Source of the DNA: Eledone cirrhosa
Taxonomy: Eukaryota
Assembly: GCA_964016885.1 (NCBI GenBank)
Contig: OZ024746.1
Span: forward strand, 48,360,001 to 48,424,000
Reading direction: 5' to 3'
Length of the DNA: 64,000 bases
In this document: positions 12,595 to 26,100 of the stretch, piece after piece
How the letters are laid out: every line of letters starts with the position of its first letter
Numbering within the stretch: the stretch's first letter is position 1
Position numbers and translations under genes: made by a program
The notes under the pieces: generated by a model
Told to the model about the DNA's origin: nothing
The model's database searches: none
What the model saw: only the letters and a program-made list of their open reading frames with translations

Positions 12595-12745
12595 GCAAGC
12601 ATAACTGAGTGGATAAAAAGTTCGCTTCCCAATAAGGAGATCCCAGATTTGATCCCACTGCGTAACATCTTCGGCAACTGTCTTTACCACAGCCTCGTTT
12701 TTCCCAAGCCTTGTGGTAGACGAAAACCGCGTGGAAGCCCATCAG
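12595..12745 (+). mobile_element. Diverged tRNA-derived SINE (second family)
   Basis: tRNA-like head (gagtggataaaaagttcgcttcccaa...gatcccactgcg) followed by cttcggcaactgtc...gccttgtg...cgtggaagccc. Confidence 0.5.
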
Positions 12746-13352
12746 ATAGATTATATTTTGTGGTTCAAAAGTTCAGTCTTGTTATACGTTAAGGGCATAC
12801 GTAGATACTCAACAACTTAAACGTTAATTCTTGAGTCGGATGTTCGAGTGATCGAACGACAAATACTCATCGTCGACACTGACGGAGAATCCATCATAAT
12901 CATCATGAATACTCAATTTAATGAGTAAATAGTTCCGTCGATCAAAAATCTGGGATATTCGTCCTTGAAACCGACGGAGATCCATTCGTTGATTATTCCC
13001 CGAAGTCACGCCACTTATAATAGTGACCTAATTAGTTCTTTAAGAATAGTTTACCCCGATCTATATTATCCAGTGTATCCCCTTTTTTAAAGATCGTAAT
13101 GTGTGTTTTGACGAAAATTTACAATCTCAACTTTAGATGCTATTTCTAGCAGATCCAACGAATACATACGGTCAGCCCCTTAGGCTCGTATATTGAATGT
13201 TTAGTTCAGTTGTTAAGGGTCTGAAATAATCAAAGTATCCAAGTCAACAAGAAAACTAAGTGCAGTTGATTATAATGAACTCAGATAATTATTAGAGTAC
13301 CAGATAATTATTAGATTATACATATATATTACATACTTTTACATATATATAT

Positions 13353-14733
<1,381 letters not shown>

Positions 14734-14740
14734 TATATAC

Positions 14741-14824
<84 letters not shown>

Positions 14825-14940
14825 GTTATCACATACATAAAATTAAATTAAATTAAATCAAGGATACATATATGTGTTGCAACTGTTCACTTTTAAGCTC
14901 AATGAAGAATTAATAAGTTAAAATCAAAAAATCAGAGCAT

Positions 14941-16014
14941 TATATCATAAAACTTGTCTATAGAATCAATCAGATATTAAAATATATACTATTTCTTCCT
15001 CTAATCAGCATAATTAACCATATACATAATCAAATCCAGCAAGCTTTAAGAGTAAATTTTCTAACGGGGAAATCTCCGACAAACAATTGATCGCAGCTAG
15101 TTCGCGTTAACTCCGTTCCATTATTTATCAAACACTTCGGCAGCATGCAGAATCCGATCAAACATATCGTCAACCGCACGTAATTAGTAGTAAAATTAAA
15201 CTTAGAAGAAATGCGCACATACCGTAATTATATCTCTACCATGGTTTCTTCCTTATTTAAGACATCCAAATAATATGGACTTGCCCAGAGTCAGGTTATC
15301 ATCAGGAGATAAACTCAGAAATAGACATTTAATTTCTCAGACCGACCCCGCCAAATTTAGATTCAAAAATGGCTAAGATCGCTATGTAGCTGTGTACCAG
15401 CCAGAGAGAAAGCGTGTGATTGGTCGCTTACGGCGGGTAGGCATGCTGCTAGAAAGCGCAGCCATATATCGCCAAATTTAATCTCAACCGATAGGGAGAT
15501 CTGCGCTTTCTAGCAGCATGCCTACCCGCCGTAAGCGACCAATCACACGCTTTCTCTCTGGCTGGTACACAGCTACATAGCGATCTTAGCCATTTTTGAA
15601 TCTAAATTTGGCGGGGTCGGTCTGAGAAATTAAATGTCTATTTCTGAGTTTATCTCCTGATGATAACCTGACTCTGGGCAAGTCCATATTATTTGGATGT
15701 CTTAAATAAGGAAGAAACCATGGTAGAGATATAATTACGGTATGTGCGCATTTCTTCTAAGTTTAATTTTACTACTAATTACGTGCGGTTGACGATATGT
15801 TTGATCGGATTCTGCATGCTGCCGAAGTGTTTGATAAATAATGGAACGGAGTTAACGCGAACTAGCTGCGATCAATTGTTTGTCGGAGATTTCCCCGTTA
15901 GAAAATTTACTCTTAAAGCTTGCTGGATTTGATTATGTATATGGTTAATTATGCTGATTAGAGGAAGAAATAGTATATATTTTAATATCTGATTGATTCT
16001 ATAGACAAGTTTTA

Positions 16015-16021
<7 letters not shown>
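14941..16021. repeat. ~1.08-kb near-perfect palindrome (arms ~520 bp, ~40-bp spacer) between (TA)n tracts
   Basis: ORFs 15030-15218(-) and 15744-15932(+) have identical translations. Centre reads gaaagcgcag...ctgcgctttc. Confidence 0.95.
15651..15731 (+). ncRNA. Hammerhead motif in palindrome arm (mirror copy 15231-15311, minus strand)
   Basis: UAUCUC CUGAUGA ...50 nt... GAAA CCAUGG UA GAGAUA. Stem I is 6 bp and stem III is palindromic; the base of stem II is weak. Confidence 0.65.
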
Positions 16022-16078
<57 letters not shown>

Positions 16079-16717
16079 TATATATATCTTCATTAGTTAA
16101 GCAAAGCAAGACCACAAATTTCACAAGGAAGATATTATTAAAAGATTGTCAACATATTTTAGTTTGATGTAAGGAATGTAGAGAATAATAATAATAATAT
16201 TAATAATAATAATGTCCGTTTACAATTGTTTCGCTACTCCATATAATATTTCTGGATCAGATGACTATATATCATAATTGATCTGGTTCAGTTGAAAATA
16301 ATTAAGATATTTAAAAGACAGAGCGGCTCATCGGAACTTCAAAGGAATCTAAGTTAAAATAATGAGAGAATGTTACATAGTATAATGTTCCATAAATTGG
16401 TTTTTACTATGGTGTTTTGGTTGCATCAGTTGTCAGCCATAATCGAGCAGTATTCATCTGTCGAGGCGTCATCGTGTGAGATCTGCCTATGGGTAACAAG
16501 ATGGCTGCCAAAGGGCATATTTACCTTACTACATATCTAAATGCCATAACACAGCAATTCACCATAATAAACTTAACACTAGAACTAGAAATACCTTAGC
16601 ATATAGCCAGATTCGCCGGAATTTTAGCAGTAACAGCACCTATACAGGGAACTGTAATGGTGGCAGCGGCCTGCTCCCCACTCCAAGTAGCAAACTAAAA
16701 ATAACCCTAGAATAGGA

Positions 16718-17608
16718 ATGAGAAATGGGATGACAAATAACAATTCCCCAGGTAATAATAACCATAGGAAGGCCTCTACCAACTCCACTAGAACCCCTAG
16801 AAGGAATAGACCTAGAAATATCACCTGGCTTAACCCCCCATTCTCATCTAATCTAGCCACTAATATCCCCAAACGCTTCTTCTCTATCCTATCTAAATAT
16901 TTCCCCGCCAACCATAGATATTACAAACTCTTTAATAAAAATAATATTAAAATCTCATTTTCCACAACACCTAACCTAGCTAGCCACATCGCGTTCAGTA
17001 ACCACCATAAGCTAAGACAATATAACTCCCACACCTGGGTACCACCAGCCCTATCAAATACACCACGCCACTACACCAACAATTACTCTAGTAGCACACC
17101 TCCCCCATCTAATCCTTCTAGCACGGACCTACCGCTTAGGTTAAACTACCCTACTCTCACTAACCGCAGAAGCAACTGCAACTGCCGTTACCCCAATGAA
17201 TGCCCATTAAATGGACACTGCCTGACACCCAACATAGTCTATAGGTGCACGGTTAAAACTGCTTCGAATACCAGCTCTTATATCGGGTCTACCTCTAACC
17301 CTTTTAAGGTACGCTATAACGCGCACTCTTTTTCCTTCCGAGACCCTAGCAACAGATGTTCGACATCGCTAGCTAGGCTCATTAAAAACCTTAAATTAAA
17401 CAACGTTCAACACTCACTAAAATGGGATATCGTGGCTAGGGCCCAACCGTTCAATGGACGAAGAAAATCTTGTGATCTCTGTATTACGGAAGCATATTAC
17501 ATAACTCTATCACGACCTCTACCGATTAACGATAGAACGGAGGTAACTATTAGCTGTCAACATCGAAGGGCCAATTCCTTCGCCAATAGAATATTTGACC
17601 CAACTTAG
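16718..17608 (+). CDS. PLE C-terminal region: RT-thumb/linker + Cys-rich GIY-YIG endonuclease
   Basis: WLNPPFS...KYFP..H...FNKNNIKISFS...CNCR....CPLNGHCL...IVY...YIGST...FKVRY..H...CDLCITE...N.R.E...C.H. Confidence 0.85.
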   Translation: MRNGMTNNNSPGNNNHRKASTNSTRTPRRNRPRNITWLNPPFSSNLATNIPKRFFSILSKYFPANHRYYKLFNKNNIKISFSTTPNLASHIAFSNHHKLRQYNSHTWVPPALSNTPRHYTNNYSSSTPPPSNPSSTDLPLRLNYPTLTNRRSNCNCRYPNECPLNGHCLTPNIVYRCTVKTASNTSSYIGSTSNPFKVRYNAHSFSFRDPSNRCSTSLARLIKNLKLNNVQHSLKWDIVARAQPFNGRRKSCDLCITEAYYITLSRPLPINDRTEVTISCQHRRANSFANRIFDPT

Positions 17609-17985
17609 TCATGTAGCCCCATTTTTACTTGTAGCTAATAAGTTAAATTGCTATGAACAACTTAGATAATTATAAGTTACCTCCCCTACATTGTCTCTCA
17701 ATTAAAAAAATTTAAAAATTAGCACTTAACTATAAACACCCACAATTTCTAATCTCTCGAGGAGTTACTTACCCTGAAACCACCCTCTAATTAGTAAGGT
17801 AAATATGCTCTTTGGCAGCCATCTTGTTACCCATAAGCAGATCTCACACAATGCAGCCTCCACAGATGAATACTGCTGGATTATGGCTGACAACTGATGC
17901 AACCAAGACACCATAGTAAAAACCAATATATGGAACATTATATTATGTAACATTCTCTCATTATTTTAACTTATATTCCTTTGAA

Positions 17986-18105
17986 GTTCCGATGAGCCGC
18001 TCTTTCTTTTAAATATGTTAATTATTTTCAAGTGAACCTGATCAATTATGATATATAGTCATCTGATCCAGAAATATTATATGGAGTAGCGAAACAATTG
18101 TAAAC
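17986..18105 (+). ncRNA. Hammerhead variant (CCGAUGA core, long loop II) in pLTR; mirror copy 16218-16337 on minus strand
   Basis: GUU CCGAUGA gccgcuc...~80 nt...gaguagc GAAA CAAUUG UA AAC. Confidence 0.55.
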
Positions 18106-18418
18106 GGACATTATTATTATTAATATTATTATTATTATTATTATTCTCTACATTACTTACATCAAATTAAAATATGTTGACAATCTTTTAATAATATCTT
18201 CCTTGTGAAATTTGTGGTCTTGCTTTGCTTAACTAATAAATATTTCCAGCTCTGCGCACCTAACTTCTGCATGAACCCAGCCACCTATCTGCTTTCTACT
18301 GCATATTGCACATTGAGCACATGCCTTTACGCTTTGGCTTCTAATTAATTCACCAATCTCTCCTCGCATATCTCCTCTCCTATCTCCATCTCTCTCTTTA
18401 AGATTGGTTACTCTTGAA

Positions 18419-18496
<78 letters not shown>

Positions 18497-18575
18497 AATG
18501 ATTCTTTGAATATACTTTATAGTATATATATATATATATATTGTTATACTTGGGGAGGGTCATATTTGTGTAATA

Positions 18576-21500
18576 TTGCCAGAATTAATAACAGAACACA
18601 CACACCACCAAAATTTGCCATCTACAAAAAGATTAACCCTATGGAAAACGGAGCTGGAAAAGTGTTTCACAAAAATACGTTGGAATGCAAAGGTAAACAA
18701 CAACAACAATGATAACGGTAGTAGTAATATAAACAATAACTCTGGGTATAGAAATAACAGCCATAACCATAACAATGGCAGGAAAGTGAGAAATAGTGAT
18801 AATGGTAATAATACTAGCGATAGACAGAACAACAACAACCACAATAATAATAATAATAATAATAATAGAAACATTAACCACAGACACAGCAACAGCGACC
18901 ACAGTAGTAATAACGGTAACAATACGAACAACAACAACAATAACCACAGTGGTAATAATGGAAATAGTACATGTAGCAACATCAACAAAAACAAGAAACA
19001 TAATAATAGTAACAACCACAATGGTAGAAATAACAGTAACAACAACAACAATAACGGTGAAGTAAACAACAATACATCTAGCAATCATAACAATAATAAT
19101 AATGCTAATGATAGAAACAACAACAACCACCCTGATAACAACAATAGCAACACACACAACTATGACGATAGATATAATGACAACCCCTTAGAGAAACTAT
19201 TTTTCAACCCAGCTGACAAAACATATAAGATGGGTAATATCTATCCTACGAGGTTACCCTTTAATAAAATAGTTTGCATACCACAGCAAATAGATGACGA
19301 GACAGAGGCACAGTTCACCATAGCTAGAAATAAGATTAGACAAGTAGTAGACAGGTATACTAAGAGACAGAGCAGACCAGAGGCCCAACAACTTGGGAGG
19401 AAACCTGTAGAAGGCTTGGTTAGCCTCAAGCAGCGCACAAGGGATGGTGAGGTAGTGTGTCTACCCACAGATAAGTCTGGTAGGATGTCAATAGATAGCC
19501 TGCCGAACTACATCGAGGCTATGCAACCCCACATCACCAACAGGAGCGAAGTTGCACAACAAACACACGATGGGAGAGAAAAAATCCTCAACGCTCACAT
19601 GATGATGTGGACTGACATCCTAAAGCCAAGCAGACGCACTGCCAACAACTTCCAGGCGTCTAACAATGGCATACCACCCTTGTATGGGCTCCGCAAAGAC
19701 CACAAGACAGTCGACGACCCGACAACAGGACCACCAACAAGACCCGTATGCGGAGCTAATATAGCTAGCAACTACAGGATCTCCTACTTCCTCTCAATGG
19801 TTATACGCCCCATAATCAAGATGTCCCCAGATGTATGTGAAAGTACAGAGGACCTCCTCAGCAGAATCAGTGAGTGCAACAAAAACAGGAGCCTATCCAA
19901 CTGCATAATAGGCAGCATGGATGTGGTGTCACTGTACTCATCCATTAACATTGATTTTGCTGTGAAAAGATGTGTGGAGATGATCATTGAGAGTGAGGTG
20001 GAGTTCTGCGACGTCGACACAGACGAACTGGGCCTCCTACTTAGACTTACCTACGACACTGACTACCTAGACAGCCATGACCTTAGATGTTTCTGCCCTA
20101 GTAGACCTATAAGAGGTAGACCCCTCACCATAACCTCAATGGCAAAAAAGACTCCCATGGGAAGGTGGATTGGGTGGACCAAAGCTATACGGACCCCCCA
20201 AAACAATGATCAGGTAAGAAAAATGGTCGCACATGCAATAGGGGCTAGTATCAAAACTACCCCAAAGGGCCACATATTTAAGTTCAATGAGAAAATCTAC
20301 ACCCAAAATGAGGGAGCAGCCATCGGCGTCAGCATAGCTGGTGATGTTGCCAAACTTTTCATGGTATGGTGGGAAAGGAGACTTAAAGATCTCCTTAATG
20401 AAAGCTCCATAGACCTCATCATGTACTCTCGTTATGTAGACGATATCAATATAGTTATAAGAACACCCCCATTAGAGAGCACTAACAAGTTTGATTTAGA
20501 ACGTAGCACGATGGAAAGCATCCAGCAGATAGCTAATTCCATACACCAGAGTATAACTGTAACTATCGACTTCCCTTCCAAACACCCTAACAATAGACTA
20601 CCTGTATTAGACACAGAACTCTGGATTAACACTATAGACGAGAGAGCCCAAATTCTCCACTCACACTATGCTAAACCCATGGCCTCCAAATACCTGATAC
20701 TCAAAAACTCAGCAATGTCCAGTAGTGCTAAGTTTAATATTCTGATCACAGATTTGGTACGAGTGATGAAGAATGTGTCCCGCATGTGCGACCCAACAGA
20801 AATGGAAAGACACATCCAACACTTCATCAACCGCATGAAATTCTCTGGCTACAACCAAAGAGACAGAGTCAGAGTATACGAACGAGCTATGGAAAAGTAT
20901 AAGACCCTCATAGAACTGGACATGAAAGGAATTTGCCCATTATACAGGAGCAAATCATGGAATAGCTTAGATAGGGCTAGACATAAGATAGGGAAAGCCA
21001 CCTCATAGTACGACAACCAGAGATACCAGAGTGTCATGTTTGTGGACGCCACCCCTGGAGGGAAATTAGCTAACCAGTATAGAAAGGCCCTGAGAAAGAC
21101 CCACTTAAAAATAAAGGTGGTAGAAAAGCCAGGAACCACCATAAAATCCCTGATCAACAAAACCTACGCCTTTAAGAAAACTCACAATACCAATAGGAAA
21201 TGTATCATATGTAAGGTGAACCCCCGGATAAACTGTAAAACTAGAAACGTAGTCTATAGCATAAGATGTACAGAGGGTACTTGCAGAAACATGACAACAA
21301 CATACATAGGCGAAACAGCTCGTAGCATAGGTGAAAGGATAGACCAACACTGGGGGGAACTAAAAGGACGAAAAAACGGGTCAGTACTATACGAACATGC
21401 TAGACAACAACATAACGGTAACATAGACAACATAGAAATTAGAATAATATCTAAACATAGGAATGACCCAGCAGATAGGCAGATCAGAGAGGCCAGTGAA

Positions 21501-21590
21501 ATAGAAATTAGAAGACCAAAGCTAAACAGAAAGAATGAATGGAACAACAACAACACCCAAACAAACAACACTGACCTAAGAGAAGTATAA
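18576..21590 (+). pseudogene. PLE polyprotein (Asn-rich N-terminus, reverse transcriptase, GIY-YIG) interrupted by one in-frame TAG at 21006-21008
   Basis: Motifs PTDKSGR, LYGLRKDHK, PTRPV, GSMDVVSLY, QNEGAAIG, RYVDD, LPVLD, then FVDATPGG..KVVE, NVVY..C...C...YIGET.R...R...H. ORF 21036 is in the same frame, 27 nt after the stop. Confidence 0.9.
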
Positions 21591-21861
21591 ATAAGTAAAT
21601 AAAATAAAATAAAATAAGATAAGTAGATACATACACAAGCACAATAACAACAAGCACATAAACACACACTAGTCACCCAGCAGACACAACGCTATACACA
21701 CTAGTCCCACAGCAAACATAACACTATACACACACGCAAACGCATGCGCAAAGAAGACAAAATAAAATAAACAAACAAGCAAATAAATAAATAAATATAT
21801 AGACAGACTGAATAAAAAATGGCGTAGACATACAACACAACAGGAGGAAAAAATATAACAC

Positions 21862-21899
21862 CACTGACGATGTTGCAGATGTGCAACGAAAGATTTATG
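21862..21899 (+). ncRNA. Minimal hammerhead motif in 3' pLTR (weak stem I)
   Basis: CA CUGACGA U GUUGCA gaug UGCAAC GAAA GAUU UA UG. Positionally equivalent to the HHR at 777-819. Confidence 0.55.
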
Positions 21900-22167
21900 T
21901 AAATTATGTAAACTATATATATGTGTTTGTGTCTATATTGTATCTGTATTATTTTAGACTGTCGGTCAGTCAATGGCAACATTGAGGACCGATTAAGTTA
22001 GATCGCAGATATAAAAGACAGCGATAAGCGAAAACCAACCAAACAGTGAGTGTGTTCTGTTATTAATTCTGGCAATATTACACAAATATGACCCTCCCCA
22101 AGTATAACAATATTTGTTTCGACGCACGATTTCATATAAAAAACCTCGCAAAACTAATTCATCGCCG

Positions 22168-22243
<76 letters not shown>

Positions 22244-22299
22244 TAAAATAATCCTCTTTGGATTTTAGTCTTCAAATTTATTATTATTACTATACATAT

Positions 22300-23143
<844 letters not shown>

Positions 23144-23144
<1 letters not shown>

Positions 23145-26100
23145 GAGAATTAACGTGCTGCGTGGGACACGTAAATAAAGGGGACAGCGAGAGTGTAAAC
23201 AAACAAAGATGGTGAAGCAACGAAAAGTAAATAAGAATAGTCAAGTCCCAAATTTCCATGAATATAAGTTCGGTGAAATCGTGAACAAGAGAGAATAAAG
23301 ACCATCAAACCTAGTTGGAATGTGAACAAGGAAGGAATTCCGTACAGGTCTAACGGGAGGAAGAAGGAATCTAGTCTGTGAATTCGGTGAACTTAAGTTC
23401 TGTTAAATCGTAGGCGAGAGAGAGAATAAAGGCGAACCAGCCTGACCATGCGTGCGAAAGGAAAGAATTACGCACATGTCCAACGGGAAGAAGGAGGAGG
23501 AGAGGTTGTAACAGAGAGTAAAGTGAGTGAAGGGTGAGGAAGAGGCTAACAGAGAGAGTGACTGTTAGAGAGGGTAAAGTTACAGAGAAAGAGGAAGCAG
23601 TAAGAACGAAATAGACGGGTCACAGCGGGGGAAAAATATGTGTAAATATGAGAATAAAGGTGCTGCGTGGTTGCAAATAGGTTACATATGAATAAAGTGG
23701 TCCTCATCAGTGATCTTCCAACCATCACAGGTATTTTTTCGCTTTAAAGACCATATACCTTCGGTTGGTGCGAGCAACGGCTAAAAAAAGTCGTTGGGAC
23801 ACGTAAATAAAGGGGACAGCGAGAGTGTAAACAAACAAAGTTTGTGAAGCAATGAAAAGTGAGTAGAACGAGTCAAGTCCCAAATTACCATGAATATAAG
23901 TTCGGTGAGATCGGGAACGAAACAGAATAAAGACCATCAAACCTGGTTGGAATGTGAGTAAGGAAGGAATTCCGTACAGGTCTAACGGGAGGAAGAAGGA
24001 ATCTAGTCTGTGAATTGGGTGAACATAAGTACTGTGAAATCGTAGACGAGAGAGAGAATAAAGGCGAACCAGCCTGACCAAGCGTGCGAAAGAAAATAAT
24101 TACGCACAGGTCAAACGGGAAGAAGGAGGATGAGGAGAGGTAGTAACAGAGAGTGAGTGACTGAAGGGTGAGGAAGAGGCTAACAGAGAGATTGACTGTT
24201 AGAGAGGGTAAAGATACAGAGAAAGAGGAAACAGTAAGTACGAAATAGACAGGTCACAGCGGTGGAAAAGATATGTGTAAATATGAGAATAAACGTGCTG
24301 CGTGGTTGCAAATAGGTTACATATGAATAGAGTGGTCCTCATCAGTGATCTTCCAACCACCAAAGGTATTTATTCGCTTTAAAGACCATATACCTCCGGT
24401 TGGTGCGAGCAACGGCTAAAAAAAATCGTTGGGACACGTAAATAAAGGGGACAGCGAGAGTGTAAAGAAACAACGATGGTGACGCAATGAAAAGTGAGGA
24501 GAACGAGTCAAGTCCCAAATTACCTTGAATATAAGTTCGGTGAAATCGTGAACCAGAGAGAATAAAGACCATCAAACCTGGTTGGAATGTGAGCAAGGAA
24601 GGAATTCCGTATAGGTCTAACGGGAGGAAGAAGGAATCTAGTCTGTGAATTCGGTGAACATAAGTACTGTGAAATCGTAAACGAGAGAGAGAAAAAAAAA
24701 GAAACAGCCTGACCAAGCGTGCGAAAGAAAAGAATTACGCACAGGTCAAACGAGAAGAAGGAGGAAGAGGAGATGTAGTAACAGAGAGTGAGTGACTGAA
24801 GGGTGAGGAAGAGGCTAACAAAGAGAGTGACTGTTAGAGAGGGTAAAGATACAGAGAAAGAGGAAGCAGTAAGAACGAAATCATTGCGGGGGAAAAATAT
24901 GTGTAAATATGAGAATAAAGGTGATGCATGGTTACAATGGGTTACATATGAATAAAATGGTCCTCATCAGTGATCTTCCAACCATCACAGGTATTTTTTC
25001 GCTTTAGAGACCATATACCTCCGGTTGGTGCGTGCAACGGCTAAAAAAATCGTTGGGACATGTAAATAAAGGGGACAGCGAGAGTGTAAACACAACAAAG
25101 ATGGAGAAGCAACGAAAAGTGAGGAAGGACGAGCCGAGTCCCAAATTTCCATGAATATAAGTTCGGTGAAATCCTGAAACAGAGAGAATAAAGACCATCA
25201 AACCTGGTTGAAATGTGAGCAAGGAAGGAATTCCGTACAGGTCTAACGGGAGGAAGAAGGAATCTAGTCTGTGAATTCGGTGAACATAAGTTCTGTGAAA
25301 TCATAGACGAGAGAGAGAAAAAAGGCGAACCAGCCTGACCAAGCGTGCGAAAGAAAAGAATTACGCACAGGTCAAACGGGAAGAAGGAGGAGAAGGAGAG
25401 GTAGTAACAGAGAGTGAGAGAGTGAAGTGTGAGGAAGAGGCTAACAGAGAGAGTGACTGTTAGAGAGGGTAAAGATACAGAGAAAGAGGAAGAAGTAAGA
25501 ACGAAATAGACGGGTCACAGCGGGGGAAAAAATATGTGTAAATATGAGAATAAAGGTGCTGCGTGGTTGCATATGGGTTACATATGAATAAAGTGGTCCT
25601 CATCAGTGATCTTCCAACCATCACAGGTATTTCTTCGCTTTAAAGTCCATATACCTCCGGTTGGTAGCGAGCAACGGCTAAAAAAAGTCGTTGGTACACG
25701 TAAATAAAGGGGACAGCAAGAATGTAAACAAACAAAAATGGTGAAGCAACGAAAAGTGAGAAAGAACGAGTCAAGTCCCAAATTTCCATGAATATAAGCT
25801 CGGTGAAATCATGAACGAGAGAGAATAAAGACCATCAAACCTGGTTGGAATGTGAGCAAGGAAGGAATTCCGTACAGGTCTAACGGGAGGAAGAAGGAAT
25901 CTAGTCTGTGAATTGGGTGAACATAAGCACTGTGAAATCGTAGACGAGAGAGAGAGAAAAGTCGAACCAGCCTGACCAAGTGTGCGAAAGAAAAGAATTA
26001 CGCACAGGTCAAACGGGAAGAAGGAGGATGAGGAGAGGTAGTAACAGAGAGTGAGTGAGTGAAGGGTGAGGAAGAGGCTAACAAAGAGAGTGACTGTTAG

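Larger units (their letters stand above)
16092..18420 (+). mobile_element. 5'-truncated PLE (family B) with ~440-bp inverted pLTRs (16092-16531 and 17792-18237)
   Basis: Inverted repeats flank a GIY-YIG ORF; the element lies between (TA)n tracts. Confidence 0.85.
18539..22170 (+). mobile_element. Near-complete Penelope-like retroelement (family A)
   Basis: RT and GIY-YIG in one frame; 3' pLTR with an HHR motif; short inverted pLTR piece (18539-18601 vs 22050-22112); flanked by (TA)n on both sides. Confidence 0.92.

Noticed and set aside
18560-19157. Leu/Val/Ile-rich membrane-like minus-strand ORFs
   Set aside because: Antisense translations of the AAC/AAT tract.
21006-21008. Programmed readthrough or selenocysteine recoding between RT and endonuclease
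   Set aside because: The codon is TAG, not TGA, and sits where a Trp (TGG) is plausible. A point mutation is the simpler explanation.
23698-23755. CTGATGAG (minus strand) in nearly every 635-bp unit as a hammerhead or C/D box
   Set aside because: ggacca could pair with tggtct, but GAAA is displaced by about 10 nt and no consistent stem III or NUH triplet forms. No convincing box C/D pair either.
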